Source of the DNA: a virus
Direction: 5' to 3' (one strand)
DNA: 64,000 nt
Virus record (IMG/VR): IMGVR_UViG_3300045988_167643
The notes below the pieces were generated by a model that searched no databases, was not told the DNA's origin, and worked only from the letters and a program-made list of their open reading frames with translations. The translations under genes were made by a program, and so were the position numbers. Shown piece after piece: positions 27,446 through 35,797 of this stretch (within the stretch, counting starts at the first letter, position 1; every line of letters starts with the position of its first letter).

Positions 27446-28543
27446 ATGGAGGATAAATGCGTATTGGAACATGGGTTATTATACTATAAAGATGCAATTC
27501 CCAAATATGAATTAACAGAAGATAGTATGGAAATTAAAATAGATGAAAAAATAATTAAGTTGCACCGAATTAGGGCATTAGAAGATTTTGGTGATGTAAA
27601 AAAAGGAGATATAGGTGGATGGGTAGAAAGTGAAGATAATTTGGATATATTCTGTGGCCATAGCTGGATATACGATGATGCAATAGTATGTGGTAACGCT
27701 ATAGCATCAGGTTATTGTCAAATTAGAGAAAATGCGATAATTACAGATAATGTTGAAATTAGAGATTTTGCAAAAATATCAGGAAATGTAAAAATATTTG
27801 ATAATTGCATGATATGTGAACATGCAGAAATTACAGATAATGTTATTATATCTGGAAAATGTTGCATAAGTGGAGAGACAGAAATAAATAAAAATGTAAG
27901 AATATCAGGAAATGTATTTATTCATGGATATTCAAGTATCATAACTGACAATGTGCAAATAATGGATAACGTTGAAATTTATGCGTGTAGTAGCCCAGGA
28001 ACAAAAGAAAAGTTAAAAATTGAAGAGAGTGTTGTACTTGCCGAAAATTGCAAAATTTTTGGTACAGTAAATATTTGTTGTAGAGCATATATTCACGGTT
28101 ATGCAAAAATTGATGGCAACGCTTATATATCTGGGGATAGTGAAGTATATGATTGTGTAAAAATATCTGACGATTGCAAGGTTAAAGGAAAATCTAAAAT
28201 ATATGGAAGAGCTGTCTTAAAAGATTTTGCAAAGGTTATTGATGCAAGTGTCTCTGGTAAAGCAATATTACATGATAATACAGGGGCTTTTGATGGAGCA
28301 AATGTCTGTGGTACTTTTTTAATGTTTGGTGACCAATGGGTAGATAATGGTCGTTGTGTAAGTAATAATGAAACTCAAAAAGCAACAGACTGGGATATGG
28401 AAAATAGAGCGTATCTTAGATATGATCAAATTCATAATCCTGAAAAAATAAGAAAACTTATAAAATATATAGAAGATAGAGAAAATGCAAAGAAAAGTAG
28501 AGAAATAGACTTTATTAATAGTATGAGGTTTAATTTAGACTAA
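27446..28543 (+). CDS. hexapeptide-repeat (left-handed beta-helix type) protein, paralog of 3005..3514
   Basis: N-terminus KYELTEDS...HRIRALEDFGDVKKGDIGGWVESEDNL matches the 3005 ORF, then a long run of [IV]xGN/D hexads. Start uncertain: ATG 27446 has no SD, TTG 27464 is 10 nt after GGAGGA. Confidence 0.7.
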   Translation: MEDKCVLEHGLLYYKDAIPKYELTEDSMEIKIDEKIIKLHRIRALEDFGDVKKGDIGGWVESEDNLDIFCGHSWIYDDAIVCGNAIASGYCQIRENAIITDNVEIRDFAKISGNVKIFDNCMICEHAEITDNVIISGKCCISGETEINKNVRISGNVFIHGYSSIITDNVQIMDNVEIYACSSPGTKEKLKIEESVVLAENCKIFGTVNICCRAYIHGYAKIDGNAYISGDSEVYDCVKISDDCKVKGKSKIYGRAVLKDFAKVIDASVSGKAILHDNTGAFDGANVCGTFLMFGDQWVDNGRCVSNNETQKATDWDMENRAYLRYDQIHNPEKIRKLIKYIEDRENAKKSREIDFINSMRFNLD

Positions 28544-28565
28544 TGATGGGTATGAATTATTAATT

Positions 28566-28593
28566 GAGACACTAATTACAGTGTCTCTTTTTT
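28566..28593 (+). terminator. rho-independent terminator
   Basis: GAGACACT / AGTGTCTC perfect stem followed by TTTTTT. Confidence 0.75.
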
Positions 28594-28622
28594 ATACTAA
28601 AAATGAAAGGAAGTGAGAAGTA

Positions 28623-29063
28623 GTGGACGAATACAAACAGTTTGATATTGTTTACGCTGATCTTTCTGGTAAAGGAACTATAGGATCTGAGCAGAAAGGT
28701 ATACGACCTGTGATAATCATTCAAAATGATACCGGCAACATTCACAGTCCAACTGTTCTTGTAATGGCGCTTACAAAGGAACTTAAGAAAGCAAATCAGC
28801 CAACCCATTACATAATTAGGAAGAATAATGCGAATGGGTTGAAATTTGATTCGATGGTATTAGGGGAGACTATTACACAGATCTCAAAGCAGCGTATTAA
28901 ACAGAAAATTGGTGTAGTAGATAATACCGCAGATAAAGATGGAATTATTGGAACATATATGGCTAATCTTACTGGAAAAAGTAGATATGGAAATCCATTA
29001 TGGACCAAGATTACACAGCTTTTCTGTAAATTGGTTAAGGAGGGGCAAATATGTGCGAATTGA
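28623..29063 (+). CDS. mazF: MazF/PemK-family endoribonuclease toxin-like protein
   Basis: GTG start; FDIVYADLSGKGTIGSEQKGIRPVIIIQND...PTVLVMALT...SMVLGETITQISKQRI follows the PemK/MazF pattern (DFsp..G.EqgG.RPalVvs.d...v.v.PiT....s.v...Qi.tid..Rl). Confidence 0.7.
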   Translation: MDEYKQFDIVYADLSGKGTIGSEQKGIRPVIIIQNDTGNIHSPTVLVMALTKELKKANQPTHYIIRKNNANGLKFDSMVLGETITQISKQRIKQKIGVVDNTADKDGIIGTYMANLTGKSRYGNPLWTKITQLFCKLVKEGQICAN

Positions 29064-29311
29064 ATAAGGTGGAGGCAATGGAACTTATAAAAGGGATTGT
29101 AGGAAGTAAAGTTTGTGCAATGTACTATAACAAGAAGAAAGGTATATCTTCAAAATCTAAGAAAATTGGCAAGAGGAGGGTGGAGAAAAATATTCAGAAT
29201 GCAAAGACTATTACTTATAGCGGTTCTGAATATATCAGGAAGATAGAGCTTCATGGAATCAAAGGGAAATTCAAATTTTCTCCATGCAGCTCTATTGTTA
29301 TTCTGTTCTGA
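29051..29311 (+). CDS. small basic protein translationally coupled to the MazF-like gene (candidate cognate partner)
   Basis: AAGGAGGGG SD 7 nt before the ATG; 13-nt overlap with the toxin gene 3' end. Confidence 0.5.
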   Translation: MCELNKVEAMELIKGIVGSKVCAMYYNKKKGISSKSKKIGKRRVEKNIQNAKTITYSGSEYIRKIELHGIKGKFKFSPCSSIVILF

Positions 29312-29321
29312 TCGAAAAAAT

Positions 29322-29335
29322 CGAACAAAAGTTCG
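29322..29335. promoter_or_regulatory. Cheo (Gram-positive LexA/SOS) box 1
   Basis: CGAACAAAAGTTCG, a perfect match to CGAAC-N4-GTTCG. Confidence 0.6.
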
Positions 29336-29373
29336 AAAATGTTAAATTATACCTTTTTATTGGTACGATAAAG

Positions 29374-29382
29374 TGGTATAAT
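29374..29382 (+). promoter_or_regulatory. extended -10 promoter (TGGTATAAT)
   Basis: TGnTATAAT consensus between two LexA-type boxes. Confidence 0.55.
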
Positions 29383-29394
29383 CAAATACATAAA

Positions 29395-29408
29395 AGAACA
29401 AATGTTCT
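29395..29408. promoter_or_regulatory. Cheo (LexA) box 2
   Basis: AGAACAAATGTTCT, GAAC-N4-GTTC palindrome 13 nt after the -10. Confidence 0.55.
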
Positions 29409-29443
29409 GATTTTTAATCGACATTGATCTTATAAAGAAAAAT

Positions 29444-29494
29444 GCCCTACCAGCAGAAAGTTTGGCGACCGTCGGCTGATAGGACAGGGTTTTC
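29444..29494 (+). terminator. GC-rich imperfect hairpin plus TTTTCT in the sigma leader (attenuator or sRNA 3' end?)
   Basis: GCCCTACCAGC ... GCTGATAGGACAGGG then TTTTCT; locally GC-rich in an AT-rich genome. Confidence 0.35.
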
Positions 29495-29732
29495 TGTACC
29501 CACGGATGGATACATACATATTATGTAGCAATTTAATGGAAATGTCAATATTTTCCAATTCTAATCTCTTGCCATTCTGTAAGAGAAATTCCGTGAGTAT
29601 AACTGTATATTAAATATGCTATTTGCTAAAAATGGAATTGTTATCTTTTTAAGAATAATTTCATTCTCTTTTTAGAAGCAAATGGTGTATTTAGTATACG
29701 AAAATTTAAAATATAAAGGGAGAATGAAAATT

Positions 29733-30401
29733 ATGGGATCAGAGAAATGGAGCAAGAATGAGAAACTTACAGAAGATGAGGTAAATAACATAGTTGACTT
29801 TTTCTACAAAGACAAGAGAAAGGAACTTAAAAAAATTTGCAACCAGATACTTCATATAATTTGGAATGATATTCCAGATTATTACAGAGATGATTTTGAA
29901 TCTTTGGCAGGATATATTATTACATTTTGCTTAGAATCTTATGATCCAACTACTGGTCCATTTAGAGCGTATGTATATCCATATATGCAAAAGAAATTTA
30001 TCAGTTATATTTATGGAATTAATTCTCTTAAACGTGGTGGTGATGGAAATTGGGATTCTGAAAAACGTGATGAAAATGGTAAAAAAGTTAAGAAAAGCGT
30101 GAAAGTAAAATTTGTCAATATAGATGACAAGGTAAAGGAAGATTCAGACTCTACATATGCAGATATTATCAAAGGTGGTAAATCTGTTGAAGAAATTATT
30201 TTTGAGGATAAAAAAGATTCAAAACTAGAAGCATGTATTAACAAGCTTAATAAAACACAAAAGAAAATAGTTTCTCTGATGATTGATGGCTACAAGCCGA
30301 ACGAGATTCAAGAGGAATTGCAACTTACTAACAAACAGTACTTTGATTATGTAACCGACATGAGAACTTCAGAATTTAGATTAGCATTGGAGGAAGACTA
30401 A
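29733..30401 (+). CDS. sigma-70 family (small/ECF-like) RNA polymerase sigma factor
   Basis: Region-2-like DDFESLAGYIITFCLESYDPTTGPFRAYVYPYMQKKFISYI and region-4 HTH LNKTQKKIVSLMIDGYKPNEIQEELQLTNKQY; ATG 10 nt after AAGGGAG. Confidence 0.65.
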   Translation: MGSEKWSKNEKLTEDEVNNIVDFFYKDKRKELKKICNQILHIIWNDIPDYYRDDFESLAGYIITFCLESYDPTTGPFRAYVYPYMQKKFISYIYGINSLKRGGDGNWDSEKRDENGKKVKKSVKVKFVNIDDKVKEDSDSTYADIIKGGKSVEEIIFEDKKDSKLEACINKLNKTQKKIVSLMIDGYKPNEIQEELQLTNKQYFDYVTDMRTSEFRLALEED

Positions 30402-30403
30402 TT

Positions 30404-32005
30404 ATGTTATGCATCAGACCAAACAAAAACGAAAAGATGGTAAGAGACCAGAAGTTTCTTAAAACTCTTCTTGGTAAGTTGGATAGAGGTGAAATTAGAA
30501 GAGACTTTTGGCTGCAGAGAAAATCTACTCAGTGGAATAATCAGATTCGTGACCAGGCAATTGTAACAACTGTACAGGGTGAAGATATTGATCCAGTAAA
30601 AATCTGTGAAGAAATTCGAGAAGGCAAACCATCTCAAAAGTGGATTGTAGATGGTGGAAACAGATTTGAAACATGGAATAATTTCTATAATAATGTGTTT
30701 GCTCTTGGGAAAAATCTTGAAAATTACATTGTTCCATACGAGTCAACAAAAAAGGATGAAAACGGAAATGTAGTTAAAGATGAAGATGGCTATCCAATTA
30801 TGGAAGAGCTTGAGTTTGATCTTCGTGGAAAACGCTATAAAGATCTTCCTATGGAGCTTAAGGAAAGATTTAATAACTACAAAGTAATTTATGTAGAGCA
30901 TTCAAACTGTACAGAAAGTAGAATGGGGTATCATATTCGAAGATATAACAACCAGAAGAGTATGAATAAAAATCAGAAATCTGTTACATATATGGAGCAG
31001 ACTGCAAAATGGACAAAGGAAATTATGAATTCCAATCCATTCTTTAAAGAGCTTCCGTGTTATCATGGAGCTTCTGAAAAGAACAGTGATCCAGAGAGAG
31101 TAATGCTTGATACTGTAATGATTATCTTTTTTAAAGATGAATGGAAAAGTAATGCAGAGAAAAATGCTTTATATGTGGAAACAAATGGAGAAAAAGAGCA
31201 GTTTAATCTCCTTGATAACTATCTTGGAAGAATGTATGCATTAGTTGAAGACAACGATGAACTTTCAAAACTTTTTGAGAAAAAAGATGCGCCAATGTGG
31301 ATTGCTTTATTCGATAAATTCTCAAAACTTGAAATGGATGATTCTAAGTTTAAAGAGTTTTTAGAGGCATTTATTGGTGGGTTAAGAGAAACCAAAATTA
31401 ATGGAGAATCTTTCGATGAAATTAAGGGAAATAAATCTACAAAGAACAGAAATACAATCTTTGGAAAATTAGAGTATCTTGAATCTCTTATGATGGATTT
31501 CTTCTCTATTAATAAGGAAGATATTGTTGAATCTTTTGGTACTACAGACAGATTTGATGCATTTGCAACAAAATTTGAGAACACAGAGTTAATGGAAGCA
31601 CTTGGCATTCCAATGGGAAGTGATATTGATCGTATTGCTGCACAGACACTTATGACAGTATGTGGGAAGACAGATTTTTCTGATAAGGCAATTCAAGAAT
31701 TTATTACTGCTGATGAATATACAGAAGATAACATTGAGGATGTAGACCTGTACCTGGATGAAGTTAATGAATGGAGTCTTGAGCTTCCAGCCGGTACTAC
31801 ACTTCTCAAGGCAAAATACGTTCCTGCAATGGTAGGATTCGTAAAATATACATATGATAACGATACAAATACAGATGCTCTTAATTGGTTTAAAGATTAT
31901 GCTTTCCAGTGTACAAAACCAGAAAACGATGTTCAGAAACTTCTCAACGATATGAAGGAAGATTTTAATTCATATTTGACATACAAAGAAAATAAGACAG
32001 CGTAA
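30404..32005 (+). CDS. DUF262/ParB-superfamily-like protein
   Basis: GGAGGA SD; N-terminal LQRKSTQWNNQIRDQAIV...WIVDGGNRFET resembles the DUF262 FQR..vW ... DGQQR motifs. Confidence 0.5.
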   Translation: MLCIRPNKNEKMVRDQKFLKTLLGKLDRGEIRRDFWLQRKSTQWNNQIRDQAIVTTVQGEDIDPVKICEEIREGKPSQKWIVDGGNRFETWNNFYNNVFALGKNLENYIVPYESTKKDENGNVVKDEDGYPIMEELEFDLRGKRYKDLPMELKERFNNYKVIYVEHSNCTESRMGYHIRRYNNQKSMNKNQKSVTYMEQTAKWTKEIMNSNPFFKELPCYHGASEKNSDPERVMLDTVMIIFFKDEWKSNAEKNALYVETNGEKEQFNLLDNYLGRMYALVEDNDELSKLFEKKDAPMWIALFDKFSKLEMDDSKFKEFLEAFIGGLRETKINGESFDEIKGNKSTKNRNTIFGKLEYLESLMMDFFSINKEDIVESFGTTDRFDAFATKFENTELMEALGIPMGSDIDRIAAQTLMTVCGKTDFSDKAIQEFITADEYTEDNIEDVDLYLDEVNEWSLELPAGTTLLKAKYVPAMVGFVKYTYDNDTNTDALNWFKDYAFQCTKPENDVQKLLNDMKEDFNSYLTYKENKTA

Positions 32006-32022
32006 GGCAGGTGGTGATAAAT

Positions 32023-32235
32023 ATGGCTATATTTTGTAGACATCCAAAAAGTGTAATTGTCGCAAAATCTAACGTAATTCAGTTTGATCAAAGTGGATTT
32101 CCTATGAGACTGGAGACTATGGAGTGTTTGGTTTGCGGCAAAAGATATTATGCTTGGAATTATATTAAGAAAAGTGAACTTGATGAACTGAGCACAGGAA
32201 AATCTGTGCTCTGTAAATGGGAGAACGTGGAATAA
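32023..32235 (+). CDS. hypothetical protein
   Basis: ATG within track ORF 32011..32235; one CxxC pair. Confidence 0.5.
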   Translation: MAIFCRHPKSVIVAKSNVIQFDQSGFPMRLETMECLVCGKRYYAWNYIKKSELDELSTGKSVLCKWENVE

Positions 32236-32249
32236 TTTGAGGTGATTTT

Positions 32250-32660
32250 ATGATTATTATATGTCTATTGATTATTATATTATGTACAACATTTACACTT
32301 CTGGGAACTATAGATGATATAAGTAGTAAATGGATATTCTCTATTTGTGTTATTGGATTTGCCATATCAATTGTAGGAATGATTATTTGTGTACCTGATA
32401 TGATAATTACACATTGTAATACAAATAAAAAAATTTATACAAAACAACTTGAATATGAATCACTTGTAAAACAATGTCAGACTGTTTCAAGTAATTATGA
32501 GGACGTTTCAAAGGCAAACGTAATCCAAAAAGTATACGAATGGAACGTAGAAGTATATGATGAAAAATATTGGGGAAATAACATTTGGACAAATTGGTTT
32601 TTTAACAAAAAGGTCGTAGATTCATTAGAATATATTAATTTGGAAGATTATGGATTATAA
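32250..32660 (+). CDS. hypothetical membrane protein
   Basis: GAGGTG SD; two N-terminal hydrophobic helices. Confidence 0.6.
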   Translation: MIIICLLIIILCTTFTLLGTIDDISSKWIFSICVIGFAISIVGMIICVPDMIITHCNTNKKIYTKQLEYESLVKQCQTVSSNYEDVSKANVIQKVYEWNVEVYDEKYWGNNIWTNWFFNKKVVDSLEYINLEDYGL

Positions 32661-32677
32661 GATAAAAGGAGAATTTT

Positions 32678-33475
32678 ATGGGTAAATTTAAAATTGGAGA
32701 CAAAGTTATTGTAGCTGCACATAAAGACGAGATGGAATGTCCATACGTTTTGGGAATAAAAGATCCTTTTAATTTGACTGGAATAATATGTAGTATACAT
32801 TCTACTTATGGGGACGGAAGTACATCTTATGGAGTTAAATTTGAAAAAAATATTGGTGGGCATGACTGTGCTGGAAATTGTAAATTTGGTTATGGACAGT
32901 ATATAAATGAAAAATATTTAAAATTATACGATGAAAAGAAAAGTGAGGATAAAACTATGCAGAAAGAGAAACATGAAAAGAAACCACTGGAGCAGCAGAT
33001 TAAAGAGAAATACGAAAGTAAGAGAAATGTATTAAATGCAAGAATTGGATTTACATGTGGATGCGAACAAACTTTAGTTCCTAAAAAAGTTTATCACGAT
33101 CCAATAACAAGTACAATTGTAATTGATTTTGGAGATGTTGTTGGAAAAATTAAAGCAAAACCAATTGCTAATGATAAGTATGATCCAAGTGTAGCATTCA
33201 ATATTATTGCTGCCAAGGCAATTTATAAAAGATTTAGTTTTCCGTTTGAGTCTGATATGAGTTCTTTTGAAGCAAAAATAACTGCAAAATATTTATTACA
33301 TAAAAATGCCGGTATTGCACTTGATAAATACATTAAGTATCTTAAAAATATGGTGCAGACATTTTTACAGGAGGATGCAGAATTAGAAAAGGCAGAACAG
33401 ATTCGTAAAAATCAGAAAGCTAAAAACAAAATTCGAAAAGAAAGACAGAAACAGAAAAGACAGAATAGAAAATGA
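32678..33475 (+). CDS. hypothetical protein with Lys-rich C-terminus
   Basis: 265-aa ORF, AAGGAG SD. Confidence 0.6.
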   Translation: MGKFKIGDKVIVAAHKDEMECPYVLGIKDPFNLTGIICSIHSTYGDGSTSYGVKFEKNIGGHDCAGNCKFGYGQYINEKYLKLYDEKKSEDKTMQKEKHEKKPLEQQIKEKYESKRNVLNARIGFTCGCEQTLVPKKVYHDPITSTIVIDFGDVVGKIKAKPIANDKYDPSVAFNIIAAKAIYKRFSFPFESDMSSFEAKITAKYLLHKNAGIALDKYIKYLKNMVQTFLQEDAELEKAEQIRKNQKAKNKIRKERQKQKRQNRK

Positions 33476-33504
33476 GATTAAATTAAATATTAAATAAGAA
33501 GAGT

Positions 33505-33540
33505 AGAGTGTCAGGTAATAAACTTGGCACTCTATTTTTA
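33505..33540 (+). terminator. rho-independent terminator
   Basis: AGAGTGTCAG / TTGGCACTCT stem (two G-T pairs) followed by ATTTTTA. Confidence 0.6.
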
Positions 33541-33560
33541 TATAAGGTAGGTGAGAATAT

Positions 33561-34301
33561 GTGAGTTGCTTAATTAGATGTGGTGAACAGTATGTTCATT
33601 TTGATAGAAAAAGCAAAATAAAACTTGGTCCTAAAATATGTGCAAAAACTTTTGAAGAACAAAAAGCAAAAAATCTCATTAAAAATCCTCCAAACAACCT
33701 AAAGAAATATAAGTTTGAAATTGAGCCATTATTTGAAGGAAAAACAGAATGTGAGATTAAGCAAGAGCAAATACTTCAAAGAGCTGCAGAACATGCAAAG
33801 AAAACTGGATGTTATACAGAGTTGAAAGAAAATCTGATCGTAGAAGCGAAACCTGAAGTAAAACAAGAGGAAAAAATTGAGAATAAGTCAACTATTAAAG
33901 AAGAAGATCATAACAACAACATAGATAATTGGCTTAAAAAGTTACATAGCTGTAATGAAATTAAAGAGGAAGCAAGAGAGCGAATGGAATATCTCTATAA
34001 GAAACTAAGCCTAATAGATCAGGCACAGGATGTTTTCTTGCATGTTATTGAAAGTAATGAGCATCCAAATGCATCTATGGCATATAAGGAGAGAATGAAA
34101 TTATCTGAGATAAGGAGAAAAAGAAGGCAAATTAAAAATGAGTTAGCCGTTGTACAAATGATCATATCTCATAATATATCCTCTAAATTATATGAACGAA
34201 TGGTTGCAGTGTCAGAAAGTATACAAAATCCTCAGAATATTAATATTAAATATACGAATGAGTTAACAGATGACTTATTGAATCAATTTGAAAGGATGTG
34301 A
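33561..34301 (+). CDS. hypothetical protein
   Basis: 246-aa ORF, GTG start after AGGTAGGTGAG. Confidence 0.55.
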   Translation: MSCLIRCGEQYVHFDRKSKIKLGPKICAKTFEEQKAKNLIKNPPNNLKKYKFEIEPLFEGKTECEIKQEQILQRAAEHAKKTGCYTELKENLIVEAKPEVKQEEKIENKSTIKEEDHNNNIDNWLKKLHSCNEIKEEARERMEYLYKKLSLIDQAQDVFLHVIESNEHPNASMAYKERMKLSEIRRKRRQIKNELAVVQMIISHNISSKLYERMVAVSESIQNPQNINIKYTNELTDDLLNQFERM

Positions 34302-34305
34302 CGTA

Positions 34306-34956
34306 TTGAGCAGGAAATTTAAAATTATCCGAAACTATTGGGAAGAAGATCAAATATTATACCGGAAGGCAAATATAGAAATTGATCCTGGATTAACAGT
34401 CCTGGTTGGATGTAATGGATCTGGTAAAACAACATTGATCAATCAATTAAAAAGGCTATTAGACAAGGAAAAAATTACATATACAAGTTTTGATAATCTT
34501 TTTGATGGTGGAGAAAACGCGCGAAGCTGGGCTGGTTATACAGGAGATTTTTCATTTTTAGCTGCTGCAGTAATGTCAAGTGAAGGTGAAAATATTCTAA
34601 TGAATATTGGAAACTATGCTGCAAAAATTGGTAAAGCGGTAACAAGTGTATTAACAAAAGAAAATAAAGAGTTATGGGCTTTCTTTGATGCAGCAGATAG
34701 TGGATTGAGCATTGATGGTATAAAAGAAATTAAGAATAAACTGTTTTCAATAATAGAAAAAGATTGTAAGACAAAGGGAATTGAACTTTATATTGTGGTT
34801 TCAACAAATGCTTATGAATTTACAAATGGAGAGCAGTGTTTTGATGTCTATAACTGCAAGTACAGAACATTTGAAAACTACGATGAATACTCAAAATTCA
34901 TTTGTAAATCAAGGGAAATTAAAGATAAAAGATATGGTGTAAAGAAAGGAGAATGA
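34306..34956 (+). CDS. minimal ABC/SMC-type P-loop ATPase
   Basis: Walker A GCNGSGKTT, signature-like MSSEGEN, Walker B-like LWAFFDAADSGL; start TTG 34306 (or 34288). Confidence 0.6.
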   Translation: MSRKFKIIRNYWEEDQILYRKANIEIDPGLTVLVGCNGSGKTTLINQLKRLLDKEKITYTSFDNLFDGGENARSWAGYTGDFSFLAAAVMSSEGENILMNIGNYAAKIGKAVTSVLTKENKELWAFFDAADSGLSIDGIKEIKNKLFSIIEKDCKTKGIELYIVVSTNAYEFTNGEQCFDVYNCKYRTFENYDEYSKFICKSREIKDKRYGVKKGE

Positions 34957-34958
34957 TT

Positions 34959-35255
34959 ATGTTTGTTAGAACACAAGAGGGAGATAAAATTATCAACCTA
35001 AATAACGTAACAAATGTTCATTTTGGAAGAATAATTGATAACGGAAAACAGAAATATATATTGTACTTTGATAATTTTTCTGTGGGTGTATTCAAAAAGC
35101 AGGAAGATGTTGAAAAAATTCTCATGATTCTTGAAAGAAAAATTGGTGAAAGCTGCAGTGCACAAATTGTAGATGGCGATGGAGACGAACCACCTAAGAT
35201 TATTTACTATACAGATAGAGTATTCAAGATTCCAGGCGAGGATGAAATTGCATGA
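34959..35255 (+). CDS. hypothetical protein
   Basis: ATG 8 nt after AAAGGAGA within track ORF 34953..35255. Confidence 0.6.
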   Translation: MFVRTQEGDKIINLNNVTNVHFGRIIDNGKQKYILYFDNFSVGVFKKQEDVEKILMILERKIGESCSAQIVDGDGDEPPKIIYYTDRVFKIPGEDEIA

Positions 35256-35416
35256 GAAAGAATAGAGCAATTGTATACATAATGATGTGGATCTGCTGCA
35301 GTATTGTTACCGCAATATCTATAGCAGCTACAAAGCAATATTGTTGTTTAAACACGATGGTAGTACCGTTGGCATTTATATTAATGGATTATATGTTTTT
35401 TGGAGGTGGAAAATGA
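35252..35416 (+). CDS. small membrane protein (54 aa)
   Basis: ATGA overlap with upstream stop; two hydrophobic stretches; preferred over the SD-less GTG 35287 ORF. Confidence 0.45.
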   Translation: MRKNRAIVYIMMWICCSIVTAISIAATKQYCCLNTMVVPLAFILMDYMFFGGGK

Positions 35417-35565
35417 GATCTATAGCATGTGCAATTATTAGTTTTGTTATTTTCTATATGGAAAATAATGTAAAAAGTACAGAAATAAAACTTAGGGCGA
35501 TTTATTTAATTACATCTCATATATTTTTGATTGCTGCAATTATCTTAATGATGTTGGGGAGGTAG
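35413..35565 (+). CDS. small membrane protein (50 aa)
   Basis: GGAGGTGG SD 6 nt upstream; ATGA overlap; two hydrophobic helices. Confidence 0.5.
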   Translation: MRSIACAIISFVIFYMENNVKSTEIKLRAIYLITSHIFLIAAIILMMLGR

Positions 35566-35570
35566 AAAAG

Positions 35571-35783
35571 ATGAGATTGATTAGTTCTAAGGAAATTTGG
35601 TACGAAGAAGAATGTGTTGAATATGAAAATGAAGAAGAGTATAAGTCGGATCTTGATAAGCGAAAACATGAATATTGGATGCAGATGAAAATACCTGATT
35701 TTGAGAATGGAAAGATGAAACTACTTCAAAAAAAGACAAACAAAGGATTTTGTCAATTTTATAGAAAATATCATAGAATGTAA
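35571..35783 (+). CDS. hypothetical protein
   Basis: 70-aa ORF, GGGAGG SD. Confidence 0.6.
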   Translation: MRLISSKEIWYEEECVEYENEEEYKSDLDKRKHEYWMQMKIPDFENGKMKLLQKKTNKGFCQFYRKYHRM

Positions 35784-35797
35784 ATCGGAGATAGAAA

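Noticed and set aside
27457-27489. ATG with ideal spacing after GGAGGA at the start of the large hexapeptide-repeat gene, but out of frame (10-codon ORF)
   Set aside because: It is too short and has no homopolymer to suggest an indel. The long ORF can start at ATG 27446 or TTG 27464 instead. This is noted as start-codon uncertainty only.
33589-33603. GAACAGTATGTTC, a LexA-box-like palindrome at the start of the 33561 ORF
   Set aside because: The spacer is 5 nt rather than 4, and it lies inside coding sequence. It was not counted as a Cheo box.
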